Assembly (NCBI GenBank): GCA_043814605.1
Contig: JBDRJV010000028.1
Span: 7,790-71,789, forward strand
Source of the DNA: Candidatus Omnitrophota bacterium
GTDB lineage: Bacteria > Omnitrophota > Gorgyraeia > B26-G9
Direction: 5' to 3'
Length of the DNA: 64,000 nt
The position numbers and the translations under genes are program-made. The notes under the pieces are model-generated. The model did no database searches. It worked only from the letters and a program-made list of their open reading frames with translations, and had not been told where the DNA came from. Shown here piece by piece: positions 20,601-30,395 of this stretch (position 1 is its first letter; every line of letters begins with the position of its first letter).

Positions 20601-20903
20601 ATCATTAACATCTGGATTCATTTCCAAGGATATGGCGGAAAAACCGTCCCTGGAAACAGATATCATTTCTTCTATATTGTCTACTTCCTTGAGTTCTTTT
20701 TCCAGTAATGTAGTTACCAGTTTTTCCACATCGTCTGCTGGAGCCCCGGGATAATATGTGTGTACTGCCATATTGTCAAAGTCAATAACCGGAAAAGCTT
20801 CACGGTTAAGCGTAAACATAGAGATCAATCCGATAAGCAGTACCAGTACAGAAAGCAGATTGATAAACAACGAGTTTTTAACGGAAAATTCCGCAATCTT
20901 CAT
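17604..20903 (-). CDS. RND efflux transporter permease (AcrB/CzcA superfamily)
   Basis: GMIVDDGIIISEN, GVVVNDSIVL, RFRPVMLTTLTT proton-relay motifs; 1099 aa. Confidence 0.93.
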   Translation of the reverse strand: MKIAEFSVKNSLFINLLSVLVLLIGLISMFTLNREAFPVIDFDNMAVHTYYPGAPADDVEKLVTTLLEKELKEVDNIEEMISVSRDGFSAISLEMNPDVNDTERRKIINDVQKAVDRVIDLPRGVEDRPVVLEINSKIFPVINIAVGGKVDEFILQEQVDILKEQLEEIKGVAKVTRTGYRDQEFWVEPDLEKMHLMHVSLEEIISALNKRNITVPGGKLKTDQEEFNIKTTGEFATKEEIEDVIIRANDIGNWLKIKDLALVRHTFEEETVINKSYGERAITLQVSKKEKGDAIDVADAAYKVIDEFKRSAPKDLYVKPYDDLSYYVKRRLNVLRSNGVIGFIFVVLILFAFLHARPALFTALGIPIAMAATLGLMHVMGITINLLTMFGLIIVLGMIVDDGIIISENVYRYIEKGLNPREAAIKGTEEVIAPVAATIITTIAAFFPLMYMAGMVGKFLRYIPLMVIVALSASMIEAFIILPSHLADFLKSKKNNGLDKKQDEQDAKALIVMTGIFSIIGGIVSLMTKNNPLGAMLLIALVGTGSTLLKKYPILQYAINKYKIMLEKALTYRYRITVVITIVLAVCLFIMIKVLPQTMFSSQGIEEFAVRAEAAAGTPLEKTNELMVPVEELIKSMPKEYLNTFVTTIGSIEAGRGMGDPTAKSGSNVAQIHVFLTPMQERDKGPKQIIADLRPKLQKIKGFDKIYFYEFKQGPPVGRDIEFNIRGDDFNVLKQLSNELKDYMLGFEGVADVSDSYDIGNREFRVVIDKEKAAKADLGIEQIALSVRNAFEGGIATSIKKTKAEEEINVRVRIPDDARTSKKIFDKLLIPNDKGNLIPLSVIARIEINQGLRSITHLDGKRYLQLGATVDQKKIKTKDLIPKVLKYFKEIAAQYPGYTIRIGGEEKENQEAFRSLMIAFVIAVLCIFMILATLFNSLVQPFIVMMTIPFALIGVSIALLLHGLSLSLLAFIGIVGLAGVVVNDSIVLVDFINKLRQEGLSRRDSIIQAGVIRFRPVMLTTLTTVAGLSTVAYGIGGFDPFLQPMALSIAWGLAFATGLTLIVMPCFYAIIDDIATKITSHPTVCKLSCDGNINLYEKQ

Positions 20904-20970
20904 ATCTATTCCTTTATTTAAGTATCAGGCAGCATGTTTCATGTAGCATGCAAACCTGAGTCCTGACGAA

Positions 20971-22461
20971 TTAAATTTCCCCCTGCCAATATTCTTTGAG
21001 CAAAGAGCCTTCTTGTAATTGTAAATCGATTATAGCTTTTTTATATTCAAAATTAGCGCGGCTAAAATTAAGCTGGGCATTTAATAAATCGTCCTGATAG
21101 CGAATTAGTGTATCACTGTTGGAGCGGCCGCGGGCAAAACGCGTTTCTTCAAAATTTAATTTTTTTTCCTGTAAATCAACAATGGTTTTGTTTAATTGTA
21201 CAGATTGTTGTTTATTTTTCAACTGATCATAAGCATTGTTAATTTCTACGGCTATTTTATGTTCAATCTTTTTTAATTCTATCAATGCTTTGGTTTTTTG
21301 CTGCTGGGCTTTTTCCCGGCCGGCAGCAGCCGCCCGGTTTTCTAAGGACATTTGCACGGATAATCCGAGATACAGTTCCGGGTTATCCTCCTGAGACATA
21401 TTATCCCATGCCGTTGACTGAGAAGCTTCTAACCCGTTTTGAGCAAAAGAAGCATTTAAATCAATTTGCGGCCAAGTACTATTTTCTTTTATTTTTAAAT
21501 CAATATTATAAGCCGCTAAATTATTCTTTGCCTGCTGATAATCCCGGCGGTTGGCAATTGCTGTTTGCAGGATTTTAACCAGCGGCACAGGAGGCAATTT
21601 ACTAATCCCAAAAAAATCTGTTGGGGAAATTTGTACAGACAAGTCCTCTTCGTGCAGCAGATAAAGCAATTCGTTGTTGGCCGCAAACAGCTGATGCTGG
21701 GCTTGCTGCAGATTTACCTGGCGGGTTTGAACATTAGCTTCCGCGGCACAAGTTTCCGCTGCTTCTACTAATCCGAGGGCTTGTTTGTCCTGAAAAATTT
21801 TATATAGCGTTTCGGCTTTTTCTAACATCTTCTGGGCGATTTGTGTTTGCTTATAAGCAAAACTTAAGTTCCAATAAGCTGTTTGGGTTTGGGCTAAATA
21901 TTCTTCTATCCTCTGCAGCGTGGAAAAATCGTTATTGGCTATATTGAATCGGGTGATTTTAATTTTTCCGCGGTCAATCAGCCCAAAAAAATTATTTCCC
22001 AAAGGCTGCTGCAGGGTAAATTTTACATTTGCCTCATGGCTGGGGCTTAAACTGGTAAAACTGGAATTAGAAAAATTGCGGCTATCGCTTAGCTCAACGC
22101 CTAATGTCGTCCCGGCAGGGGTTTTTTTCGTTAAGCCCACACCATAAACATTGGTTACTGTTTTTGTGCCCAGAAAAGCGCTGGCTGTTTTCTGCTGATC
22201 ATTTAAATATGTTGCGTAAGCATTTAAATAAGTATCAAACACTGACTCTGATTCCGGCAAGGCTGTGCGGTTAATATAAGCATCGAATTTTGCGATTTGA
22301 ATATCTAGATTATTTTTTAGGGCAAGTTCACTGGTTTCTTTCAGGGATAAGCTAACTGCCTGGCCTGTCTTTGGCTGGGCAAAAACAGGAGATGATACCC
22401 GCATTGTAAAAATTATTACTAAAATTATAATTTGTGCCTTGAGTTGTTTTGCTGTTTGCAT
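20971..22461 (-). CDS. TolC family outer membrane protein
   Basis: Signal peptide, LSLKETSELALKNNLDI, two OEP repeats (AYWNL, WPQIDL); adjacent to the RND gene. Confidence 0.88.
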   Translation of the reverse strand: MQTAKQLKAQIIILVIIFTMRVSSPVFAQPKTGQAVSLSLKETSELALKNNLDIQIAKFDAYINRTALPESESVFDTYLNAYATYLNDQQKTASAFLGTKTVTNVYGVGLTKKTPAGTTLGVELSDSRNFSNSSFTSLSPSHEANVKFTLQQPLGNNFFGLIDRGKIKITRFNIANNDFSTLQRIEEYLAQTQTAYWNLSFAYKQTQIAQKMLEKAETLYKIFQDKQALGLVEAAETCAAEANVQTRQVNLQQAQHQLFAANNELLYLLHEEDLSVQISPTDFFGISKLPPVPLVKILQTAIANRRDYQQAKNNLAAYNIDLKIKENSTWPQIDLNASFAQNGLEASQSTAWDNMSQEDNPELYLGLSVQMSLENRAAAAGREKAQQQKTKALIELKKIEHKIAVEINNAYDQLKNKQQSVQLNKTIVDLQEKKLNFEETRFARGRSNSDTLIRYQDDLLNAQLNFSRANFEYKKAIIDLQLQEGSLLKEYWQGEI

Positions 22462-22462
22462 T

Positions 22463-22915
22463 TTATTGCCTTTTTTTGCTTAAAATTATATCTTTCATTT
22501 TTACTAAGAGTCCCAGAAAATCCTTGCGTTCCTGATCTGAAAACCGGCTGAAGATTTCGCTAAAAATTTTTTCCCTTTGCTGCCGAAACGCCTTTACTGT
22601 ATTTTCTCCCGTGGATGTTAAATTTATTCTGATTATGCGCCTGTCTTTTTCCCCGGATATGCGCTGGACCATTTTCATCTTATACAGCCGCGCCACCAGC
22701 CCGGTCATGGCCGGCAAGCTTATTTTTATTTCCTGCGACAATTCACTCATCTTTAAAGGCCCGTGCGTATAGATCAGGTCCAGCACCAGAAATTGCGGAG
22801 CAGTTACTTTCCCCTTTGTCAATGCATCGTTTTGCCAGCGCAGCACCCCGCGCATCACCTGCGGCAGCACTTCGACAAAGCGGCGCGCAAAATTAACAAC
22901 ATGTGTTTTCCCCAT
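22463..22915 (-). CDS. MarR family transcriptional regulator
   Basis: TAPQFLVL...MSELSQEIKISLPAMTGLVARL...DRRIIRINLTSTG. Confidence 0.92.
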   Translation of the reverse strand: MGKTHVVNFARRFVEVLPQVMRGVLRWQNDALTKGKVTAPQFLVLDLIYTHGPLKMSELSQEIKISLPAMTGLVARLYKMKMVQRISGEKDRRIIRINLTSTGENTVKAFRQQREKIFSEIFSRFSDQERKDFLGLLVKMKDIILSKKRQ

Positions 22916-22937
22916 TTTTACTTTACCTCATTAATAT

Positions 22938-22994
22938 TTAATTATATTAACTATTTCTAACATTAAGTATATCCGCTTTTCCTGGTTTTGTCAA
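22938..22994 (-). promoter_or_regulatory. sigma70 promoter and probable MarR operator
   Basis: TTGACA (22989-22994)-17 nt-TATACT (22966-22971); AT-rich palindrome TTAAT-TAT-ATTAA at 22938-22950 just downstream. Confidence 0.6.
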
Positions 22995-23046
22995 CTTTTT
23001 AATCATTTTTCAGGATAACACAAGTAAGCTATCCGCTAATTGCTCT

Positions 23047-24207
23047 TTATTTTTTTAACAGCAGCTTTAAATACAGTTTTTCTAAATCATCAAGCATTGT
23101 TTGCATATTATAAGGAGAGAGCATAATAAATTCCCGTGCCCTCTGCCCCATTTTTTTTGCTTTGCCCGCGTAATCCAAAAGTTCCAGGACTTTTTGAGCA
23201 CAATAATCAGTATCGCCGGGTCTAATCAAAAATCCTGTTTCCCCTTCTTGAATAATTTCTTTTACCCCATCAACCGCATAGGCAATAACAGGGCGCGAAC
23301 AAGCCATCGCTTCAAGCAAAGCAATCGGCAATCCTTCCCACAATGAAGTTAACATAACAATATCACTTAAAATTAAAATGGCCGGAATATCCCTGCGCCA
23401 GCCTAAAAGTTTAAAATTATTTTCTAACCCTTTGGAATTAATTATCTTTTTTATTTCTGCGCGTAAAGGCCCGTCACCAATTAGTAAAAACTGCACATTG
23501 TTTCTTTGCTTAAGAACTTTTTCCGCAATCTGCAGATAATCCCGCGGGTTTTTTTGCGGTTTTAAGCAAGCTACCATAGCCACAACCGTATCTTGTTGAG
23601 GTATTTTAAAGTGCTGTTTTGTAAGCTCTATATTTTCAACCGTGTCCTGTAAATAAAATCTGTTTAAATCAACTCCGTAACGAATTAATTGATATTGCTT
23701 AGGAGTGGCAATTTTATATCCTAATCCTTTCTCCTGGTTATCTTCACAAACAACAATAATTTTTGTGGTTATGTATGCGGTAATTTTTTCCAGAAAAATA
23801 TACAGAGTTTTTATGAGTCGGGATTGGTAATCATTAAAACTCCAGCCATGTACAGTATGGATAATTACCTTAACCCCAGCTAACTTAGCTGCCCAGCGGC
23901 CTAATATGCCGGCCTTAGAGCTGTGTGTATGCACAATTTTAATTTTATTTTTTTTAATAAATCCTATAAGCCACAATAAACACGCTAAATCATAAACCAA
24001 GGAAATATTGTGTTTTAATATTGATACGAATTTTAAAGTTATGTTTTCTCTGTTGCCTGCATCCTTAATTAAAGGCCCCTGCTCTGCGCTAATTAAAAAA
24101 ACCTGGAATTTATTTTTATCTAAGCCTTTAACAATATCTAAAACATTTGTCTGGGCTCCGCCTAATTCTAAATTGGTAATTATGTGTAATATTGCGATTG
24201 TTTTCAC
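23047..24207 (-). CDS. GT4 family glycosyltransferase
   Basis: GGAQ, HTHSSKAG, HTVHG, WEGLPIALLEAMA (EX7E). Likely GTG start at 24207 with AAGGA SD; the longer ORF-track N-terminus reads through a mobile remnant. Confidence 0.9.
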   Translation of the reverse strand: MKTIAILHIITNLELGGAQTNVLDIVKGLDKNKFQVFLISAEQGPLIKDAGNRENITLKFVSILKHNISLVYDLACLLWLIGFIKKNKIKIVHTHSSKAGILGRWAAKLAGVKVIIHTVHGWSFNDYQSRLIKTLYIFLEKITAYITTKIIVVCEDNQEKGLGYKIATPKQYQLIRYGVDLNRFYLQDTVENIELTKQHFKIPQQDTVVAMVACLKPQKNPRDYLQIAEKVLKQRNNVQFLLIGDGPLRAEIKKIINSKGLENNFKLLGWRRDIPAILILSDIVMLTSLWEGLPIALLEAMACSRPVIAYAVDGVKEIIQEGETGFLIRPGDTDYCAQKVLELLDYAGKAKKMGQRAREFIMLSPYNMQTMLDDLEKLYLKLLLKK

Positions 24208-24229
24208 AAACACTAATCCTTGTTTATAC

Positions 24230-24330
24230 ATCCGCGGCCTAAAACCGCGCCCATTTATGGCGCGGATAAAAGGAAGCCGCTTGAGTATTCCACCCCAGGA
24301 ATCACGGGCTTTAGCCCGTGGGGGTTCCAT
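24230..24330 (+). mobile_element. Non-autonomous IS200/IS605-type remnant (left and right ends fused, no ORF)
   Basis: GC-rich patch with hairpin CCGCG(C)CCAT-TT-ATGGCGCGG (24245-24265) and perfect hairpin CACGGGC-TTTA-GCCCGTG (24303-24320) preceded by GGAAT; resembles IS200/IS605 subterminal palindromes. Confidence 0.6.
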
Positions 24331-24620
24331 TGCCTGGCTAAAACAGTAAAGCTAATCTGGCTATGCAGTACTAATTAAAAAATTGAAGTAATTTATTATA
24401 TCAAAATTTGTTTAAAGGCGCATTAATATATTTTCTCTCCAGACAGATTGCCCCATTATTATAACCTCTTTATTTTTAATATATTAGGGTAAACGCACGC
24501 TGGTTATCTTGTTTTTTGCCTGAAATCAAGGTATAATTTAAAGAGAAGGAAATTTTTGCTTTTTAATCGGGGATGTATACAAGCCTTTATGTTTTTATAT
24601 TATAAAAGATAGGGGATAAT

Positions 24621-25031
24621 ATGCAGCAAAATAAAAATGGGTTTACTTTAGTGGAAATGATGATTGTCGTGGTTATTCTGGGTATTCTCGCGACTATTGC
24701 TGTTCCTAATTATATAAATGCCACCGAACGGTCAAAGGTCTCTCAAGCTATTTCTGATTTAAAGAATTTACGTACAGCACAAATAACCTGGTTTCATGAA
24801 AACGCAGCTTATTCTACAGATATTATTAATGAATTAGCCCCTCTTTTAGGCACTGTTGCCTTGAACCCAGGTACAAGTGTTAATTGGAATTATGTTGCTA
24901 ATGCTGATGGTTCTGTGCAAGCAGACCGTATTCCGCCTGCTCCTTTTACCGGAACCCTTGTTTTAAATATCGATGAAACTTGGGGCGGGACTTATACTGG
25001 TATCGGGACAACTACTCCAAGTTATATATAA
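24621..25031 (+). CDS. Type IV pilin / prepilin
   Basis: Class III signal NKNG|FTLVEMMIVVVILGILATIAVPNY. Confidence 0.9.
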   Translation: MQQNKNGFTLVEMMIVVVILGILATIAVPNYINATERSKVSQAISDLKNLRTAQITWFHENAAYSTDIINELAPLLGTVALNPGTSVNWNYVANADGSVQADRIPPAPFTGTLVLNIDETWGGTYTGIGTTTPSYI

Positions 25032-25123
25032 TCAATCACACCTAATTTGTATTTCTTAAAAATAAAAAAATCAGGTTTAGTTTTTATTTTTTTGCTTACT
25101 CTGTCTTTCACAGATAAATTGCC

Positions 25124-25152
25124 TTGTTTTTTTCTTTCCCTTCCTTTATAAT
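25124..25152 (+). promoter_or_regulatory. Putative secA promoter
   Basis: TTGTTT-17 nt-TATAAT. Confidence 0.45.
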
Positions 25153-25160
25153 AACAAAAC

Positions 25161-25258
25161 CATAGATAGCATTTAGCGGATAGCGATTAGCGGCCAGGAA
25201 AAAGCTTTTTCTCTCCTTGCTTCTTGTCTCATGCTGCTTGTTAGTCTTTGGTTCATAG
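25161..25258. repeat. Inverted heptamer arms in the secA leader
   Basis: AGCATTT AGCGGAT AGCGATT AGCGGCC, then TGCTTCT TGTCTCA TGCTGCT TGTTAGT. Confidence 0.55.
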
Positions 25259-25275
25259 AGAAAGATAAAAAATTT

Positions 25276-28110
25276 ATGTTTAAAATATTTTCGAACATTA
25301 AAAATTCTATATTTGGCAATCATAATGAGCTGGAATTAAACCGCTTAGCTCCTTTTGTGGAACGCATTAATGCGCTTGAGCCTGAAATTGCCGCCTTAAC
25401 GGATGCGCAGCTAAGTGCTAAAACCCCTGCGTTTCGAAAAATCATCCACACGCACATCCAAGAAAATACAAATGAAAATTCTCTAGATAAAGATAAACAA
25501 AAATTTGAAAAACAAGCATTAGACTTAATTTTGCCCGAAGCCTTTGCCGTCTGCCGGGAAGCAGCGCAGCGCACGCTTAAAATGCGGCACTTTGATGTAC
25601 AATTAATCGGCGGTATTGTCCTGCACGAAGGGAAAATTGCGGAAATGACCACTGGCGAGGGAAAAACTCTGGCGGCAACTCTAGCTGTATATCTTAATGC
25701 CATTACCGGCCGCGGAGTACATCTGGTAACTGTAAATGATTATTTAGCACAGCGCGACTGCGGCTGGATGGGGCCGATTTACCATTTTCTGGGCCTTTCC
25801 TGCGCTTCGATTACACATGATTATTCTGTAATTTATAACCCTGATTATAACGATGATTCTGCTCAAGATGAACGTATGTCTCATTTACAACCCATCACAC
25901 GCAAGCAAGCCTACAATTGCGACATCACCTATGGCACAAATAATGAATTTGGGTTTGACTATTTGCGTTCGAACATGGTTATGCACAAAGATGATATGCT
26001 GCAGCGTGAATTAAATTTTGCGATTGTTGATGAAGTGGATAGCATTTTAATTGATGAAGCACGCACGCCTTTAATTATTTCCGGGCCAGCAGAAGCTTCC
26101 ACAGATAAATATTATAAGATTGATAAAATCATCCCCAAATTAATCTTAGGCGAAAAAGATGAAACGACAAAGGAAGAAAGCGGAGATTATATTGTTGATG
26201 AAAAAGGCAACACAGTATATTTAACCGAAGCGGGGGAAGAAAAAGTCTCGAAAATGCTGGGCGTTCCCAATTTAAGCAGTTTAGAAACCATGGAACTAAA
26301 ACACCATGTTGATCAGGCACTCAAAGCACACTCCCCTTTATTCCGGCGCGATGTGCATTATGTGGTAAAAGACGGAGAAGTAATTATTGTCGATGATTTT
26401 ACCGGACGGTTAATGCCGGGCCGGCGCTGGAGCGACGGCTTGCACCAGGCAGTAGAAGCAAAAGAAGGGCTTAAAATTGAACGGGAAAATCAAACCTTAG
26501 CCACAATAACCTTTCAAAATTATTTTCGCATGTATAATAAGCTCGCGGGCATGACCGGAACTGCGGTAACCGAAGAAGCAGAGTTCCGGCATATTTATAA
26601 ATTAGAAGTAGTGATCATTCCCACCAACCGTCAGCTGATCCGCATAAATAACAGTGATGTGATTTATAAAACCGCTAGCGAAAAATTTGATGCAGTGGTT
26701 GAAGCAGTCGTCGAAGAGCACAAAAATGGCCGGCCTGTACTTGTCGGGACAATTTCCATTGAAAATTCAGAACGCATCAGTAATCTTTTAAAACGCCGCG
26801 GGATTGCGCATAATGTGCTCAATGCTAAATTTCATGAACAAGAAGCAACAATTATTGCCCAGGCCGGCGGGTTCGGCAAAGTAACAATTGCCACAAACAT
26901 GGCCGGCCGCGGCACAGATATTCTCTTGGGCGGTAATACCGAATTTTTTGCTAACGAATTATTAAAGAAAAAAGGTATTGACCCGCAATTGGCCACAAAA
27001 GAACAAAAAGCCACGGCGCTGGAAAACGTAAAACAGGAAATTGCCAAAGAACACGAGCAAGTTGTTAGCCTGGGGGGTCTGCATATTATCGGCACAGAAC
27101 GCCATGAATCCAGAAGAATTGATAACCAGCTGCGTGGCCGCGCCGGAAGACAAGGAGACCCGGGTTCAAGCCGGTTTTATTTATCGCTCGAAGATGACTT
27201 GATGCGGATTTTTGCTTCCGACCGCATAAAAAAATTTATGGATTTTGTCCAATGGGAAACAGGCCTGCCGATTGATCACCCGATGATCAGTAAATCTATC
27301 GAGATTGCGCAAAAAAGAGTGGAATCACATAACTTTGAAATCCGTAAACAATTACTTAAATATGGCGACGTTTTAACCAAACAAAGAGAAATTATTTACG
27401 AACAGCGTACGCGGCTTTTAACCCAAGAAAATATCCGCAGTTATATTACGGAAATAATCGAAGAAATTGCGGATGAAGCCAGGGCTCAATACCTGCCGGA
27501 AAAAATTCACCCTGCGGATTGGAACATCTCCGGCTTAGAAAATTGGGTGAAAACAAAATTTAATATTGAATTTAAAATCCCGGGACAAGGGGATATCAAC
27601 CAAATATTAATTCAAACTTTAATTAATGCTTATACGCAAAAAATCCAGCTTATGCCGCCTGAACAGCAGCAAAGCTTTGAGCGTGCTATTTCTCTGCACA
27701 TTTTAGATACACAATGGAAAGATCAGCTGCATGCTATGGACACACTGCGGGAAGGCATTGGCTTGCGCGCTTTTGGGCAAAAAGACCCGCTAGTGGAATA
27801 CCAGCACGAAGGATATCTTTTGTTTTCAGATATGGTGAGCCGGATAAAAGAAGAAACTTTAGAATTTTTATTTAAAGTTAGGTCCGTGCAAGAAGAACCG
27901 GCCGCTGGAGTTTTTGAAAACACCCCTGTTTCTTATTCTCACCCGCAAACCAAGCAATTCGCGCCGCCGGAAAACAGCACAGCTCTCCCCTTGCAAACAA
28001 CAGCTGCGGAAAAACTGGCGCCTTTTAAACGCCCAACAGAAAAAGTCGGCCGCAATGACCCTTGTCCCTGCGGTAGCGGAAAGAAATACAAAAAATGCTG
28101 CGGAAAATAA
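25276..28110 (+). CDS. secA: Preprotein translocase ATPase SecA
   Basis: [59 protein letters not shown]-terminal [18 protein letters not shown]; ATG 25276. Confidence 0.98.
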   Translation: MFKIFSNIKNSIFGNHNELELNRLAPFVERINALEPEIAALTDAQLSAKTPAFRKIIHTHIQENTNENSLDKDKQKFEKQALDLILPEAFAVCREAAQRTLKMRHFDVQLIGGIVLHEGKIAEMTTGEGKTLAATLAVYLNAITGRGVHLVTVNDYLAQRDCGWMGPIYHFLGLSCASITHDYSVIYNPDYNDDSAQDERMSHLQPITRKQAYNCDITYGTNNEFGFDYLRSNMVMHKDDMLQRELNFAIVDEVDSILIDEARTPLIISGPAEASTDKYYKIDKIIPKLILGEKDETTKEESGDYIVDEKGNTVYLTEAGEEKVSKMLGVPNLSSLETMELKHHVDQALKAHSPLFRRDVHYVVKDGEVIIVDDFTGRLMPGRRWSDGLHQAVEAKEGLKIERENQTLATITFQNYFRMYNKLAGMTGTAVTEEAEFRHIYKLEVVIIPTNRQLIRINNSDVIYKTASEKFDAVVEAVVEEHKNGRPVLVGTISIENSERISNLLKRRGIAHNVLNAKFHEQEATIIAQAGGFGKVTIATNMAGRGTDILLGGNTEFFANELLKKKGIDPQLATKEQKATALENVKQEIAKEHEQVVSLGGLHIIGTERHESRRIDNQLRGRAGRQGDPGSSRFYLSLEDDLMRIFASDRIKKFMDFVQWETGLPIDHPMISKSIEIAQKRVESHNFEIRKQLLKYGDVLTKQREIIYEQRTRLLTQENIRSYITEIIEEIADEARAQYLPEKIHPADWNISGLENWVKTKFNIEFKIPGQGDINQILIQTLINAYTQKIQLMPPEQQQSFERAISLHILDTQWKDQLHAMDTLREGIGLRAFGQKDPLVEYQHEGYLLFSDMVSRIKEETLEFLFKVRSVQEEPAAGVFENTPVSYSHPQTKQFAPPENSTALPLQTTAAEKLAPFKRPTEKVGRNDPCPCGSGKKYKKCCGK

Positions 28111-29540
28111 TTGCTTTAGGGTTTGCTTTGCTGAAAAAATTTTTAACGGTTTTAAAAAATAAAAGCTTACTGCTTGTTTTTTTATCTTCTTTGTTGTTGG
28201 GTTTAAGTTTTTCCCGCTACAACTTAGGGTTTTTAGCCTGGTTTGCCTTATGCCCTTTTTTGCTTGCTATCGAAAATAAAAATTGGCAAAAGCGGATACT
28301 GTTATTTTTTGTTCTGGGAGCATTGTCTTTTTTCTTGATAATTTTCTGGCTGGTGCATGTTAGTTTTCTCGGGCTGGTTGCGACGAGTATCTATTTGGGG
28401 CTTTGGTTTGGGTTTTTCGGAATTTTTAGTTTGCCGGCTTCGCGGCCGTTTGCGCTGTTAGTAACTCCGTTGTCTTGGGTTTTATTAGAAAGAATGCGCG
28501 GGATATTTTTTAATGGTTTTGGCTGGGGTGTAATTGCCTACACCCAGCATAAAAATATTTGGCTGATTCAAATTGCCGATAAGATTGGCATTGGGGGGAT
28601 AAGTTTTCTGATTGTTTTTATAAATGTTGTTATCTGCCGGGCTATAAAAAATTTTAAACAGGAGAAAACTCTGCGCAAAAGCCAGCGGCAAATTGCAGTC
28701 AGTTTAATTTTATTTATGATCATTTATTTCTACGGAGGGTTTTGTCTGCAAAAAAAATTTCCCGGGATTGATTTGTCCGTAAGCGTTATTCAGGGGAATA
28801 TTCAGCAGGAGAAAAAATGGGATCCTGTTTTCCGGGATATCAATTTAGGCCAGCATATTACTTTAACAAAAGAAGCGGATAAAAAAAATCCGGATTTAAT
28901 TGTTTGGCCGGAAACATCAGTTGCGGGATATTTGCTGGAAGAACCGGATCTTTACAAAACAATAACTTCCCTTTCCCGGCAGATAACTGCTTATTTGCTC
29001 CTCGGCAGCCCCCGGGAGGATTATTCTGATCAAACATACTACAACAGTGCTTTTTTGTTTGCTCCCGGAGGAGAGTTAAAACGCTTTTATGATAAAATCC
29101 ATCTTGTGCCGTTCGGAGAATATTTACCTTATGAAAATATTTTTTGGTTTTTAAAAAACACACCGATTGCTGATTTTTCTGCGGGGAGAGAATACACTGT
29201 TTTCCCCGTGCCTAATAAACAGGGGAAAATTTTTAATTTTGCCGTATTAATCTGCTTTGAAGATGTGTTCCCGGCGCTTGTGAAAAAATTTAAAGCTACT
29301 GGCGCGGATTTTTTCATTAATATCACTAACGAAGCCTGGTTTAAACATAGCCAGGAACCGGATCAGCATTTAGCGATGAGTGTGTTTCGGGCAGTGGAAA
29401 ACAGAAGCTGGTTTGTGCGTGCGGCAAATACAGGCATTTCCTGTTTTATTGATCCTTACGGCCGGGTGCAGAAAATGCTAAAGAAAGAAAATAAGAATAT
29501 TTTTATCAGCGGGCAGTTAACCCACAACTTGTCTTTATAA
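28095..29540 (+). CDS. lnt: Apolipoprotein N-acyltransferase
   Basis: Multiple TMs, [38 protein letters not shown]. Confidence 0.95.
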   Translation: MLRKIIALGFALLKKFLTVLKNKSLLLVFLSSLLLGLSFSRYNLGFLAWFALCPFLLAIENKNWQKRILLFFVLGALSFFLIIFWLVHVSFLGLVATSIYLGLWFGFFGIFSLPASRPFALLVTPLSWVLLERMRGIFFNGFGWGVIAYTQHKNIWLIQIADKIGIGGISFLIVFINVVICRAIKNFKQEKTLRKSQRQIAVSLILFMIIYFYGGFCLQKKFPGIDLSVSVIQGNIQQEKKWDPVFRDINLGQHITLTKEADKKNPDLIVWPETSVAGYLLEEPDLYKTITSLSRQITAYLLLGSPREDYSDQTYYNSAFLFAPGGELKRFYDKIHLVPFGEYLPYENIFWFLKNTPIADFSAGREYTVFPVPNKQGKIFNFAVLICFEDVFPALVKKFKATGADFFINITNEAWFKHSQEPDQHLAMSVFRAVENRSWFVRAANTGISCFIDPYGRVQKMLKKENKNIFISGQLTHNLSL

Positions 29541-29640
29541 ACAGTGGCTGTTTTCTTATTTTTTAATTTTATTTTATCCTGTAATAATTGCTGTCTTTTA
29601 AAATTTCAATTCTATTTTAGAATAACATGTTTTAGCTTTT

Positions 29641-29797
29641 ATCTACAAGCCCTGACCTATGACTTAGTTAGCTTTTTCTACAACCGAAGAGCCATAAGCT
29701 AAGCATGCTTTTCATGCTTACAAGCTATCAACGCCCTCTCGGATATTCGCTAGTTATTGTTGCCTGTGGCCTGTAGTCTGGTCTGTGGTCTCTAACT
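29641..29797. repeat. Inverted heptamer arms containing a 21-bp palindrome
   Basis: ATCTACA AGCCCTG ACCTATG...TTCTACA ACCGAAG AGCCATA, hairpin TAAGCATG-CTTTT-CATGCTTA (29700-29720), then TGTTGCC TGTGGCC TGTAGTC...TGTGGTC. Confidence 0.65.
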
Positions 29798-30304
29798 TTA
29801 ATTCTGCCACCAGGATGGGCCGGTGCCGTCTTTGAGCAGATATTTATATAAGCCTGTTCCTGCATGAAATTTGTGTAGTTGCAGCCAATGCGCAGAGGGA
29901 AGATATTGCGCTTCGACAAAAAAATTAGCTGCTGAATCTGTTAAGCCATTCTCCACCACAGAATATATCCAATGCGCATCATTATCCACAAAAGTATCCT
30001 CGGTTAGATCATTCGCAATTATTTGCAGGTCAGCCCAATTAGAGGTATAACAAGCATTCGCCTCGCCTGTTGCGGGATTTATCCTAAAGTAGTATTCTAT
30101 TTCTGCATTATATATGGCGGTCATATTAACCACTGCTTCTTTTTGGTGTGCCATTTCCACAAGTGAGGTATACTGCGGAATGGCAATACAAACAAGAATG
30201 CTGATAATAATTACCGTGATCAGCATTTCCATAAAAGTAAACCCGCGGCAGCTTTGCTGTCTGCTTTTTTTAACTTCAATCATATCCGGCAGATATGGAT
30301 ACAT
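29798..30304 (-). CDS. Type IV pilin-like protein
   Basis: RG|FTFMEMLITVIIISILVCIAIPQY class III signal. Confidence 0.85.
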   Translation of the reverse strand: MYPYLPDMIEVKKSRQQSCRGFTFMEMLITVIIISILVCIAIPQYTSLVEMAHQKEAVVNMTAIYNAEIEYYFRINPATGEANACYTSNWADLQIIANDLTEDTFVDNDAHWIYSVVENGLTDSAANFFVEAQYLPSAHWLQLHKFHAGTGLYKYLLKDGTGPSWWQN

Positions 30305-30395
30305 CTTTCTCCCCTTCTTTACGAAAAATTATTTTAAAATCTCTCTTTAAGTGTACCACATTTAACGTTCAAAAACTATACTCTGTTACTAAGCT

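Noticed and set aside
24208-24330. N-terminal extension of the glycosyltransferase (MEPPRAKARDSWGG...)
   Set aside because: It reads through the palindromic IS-like remnant; the GT4 fold starts at the downstream GTG with its own SD.
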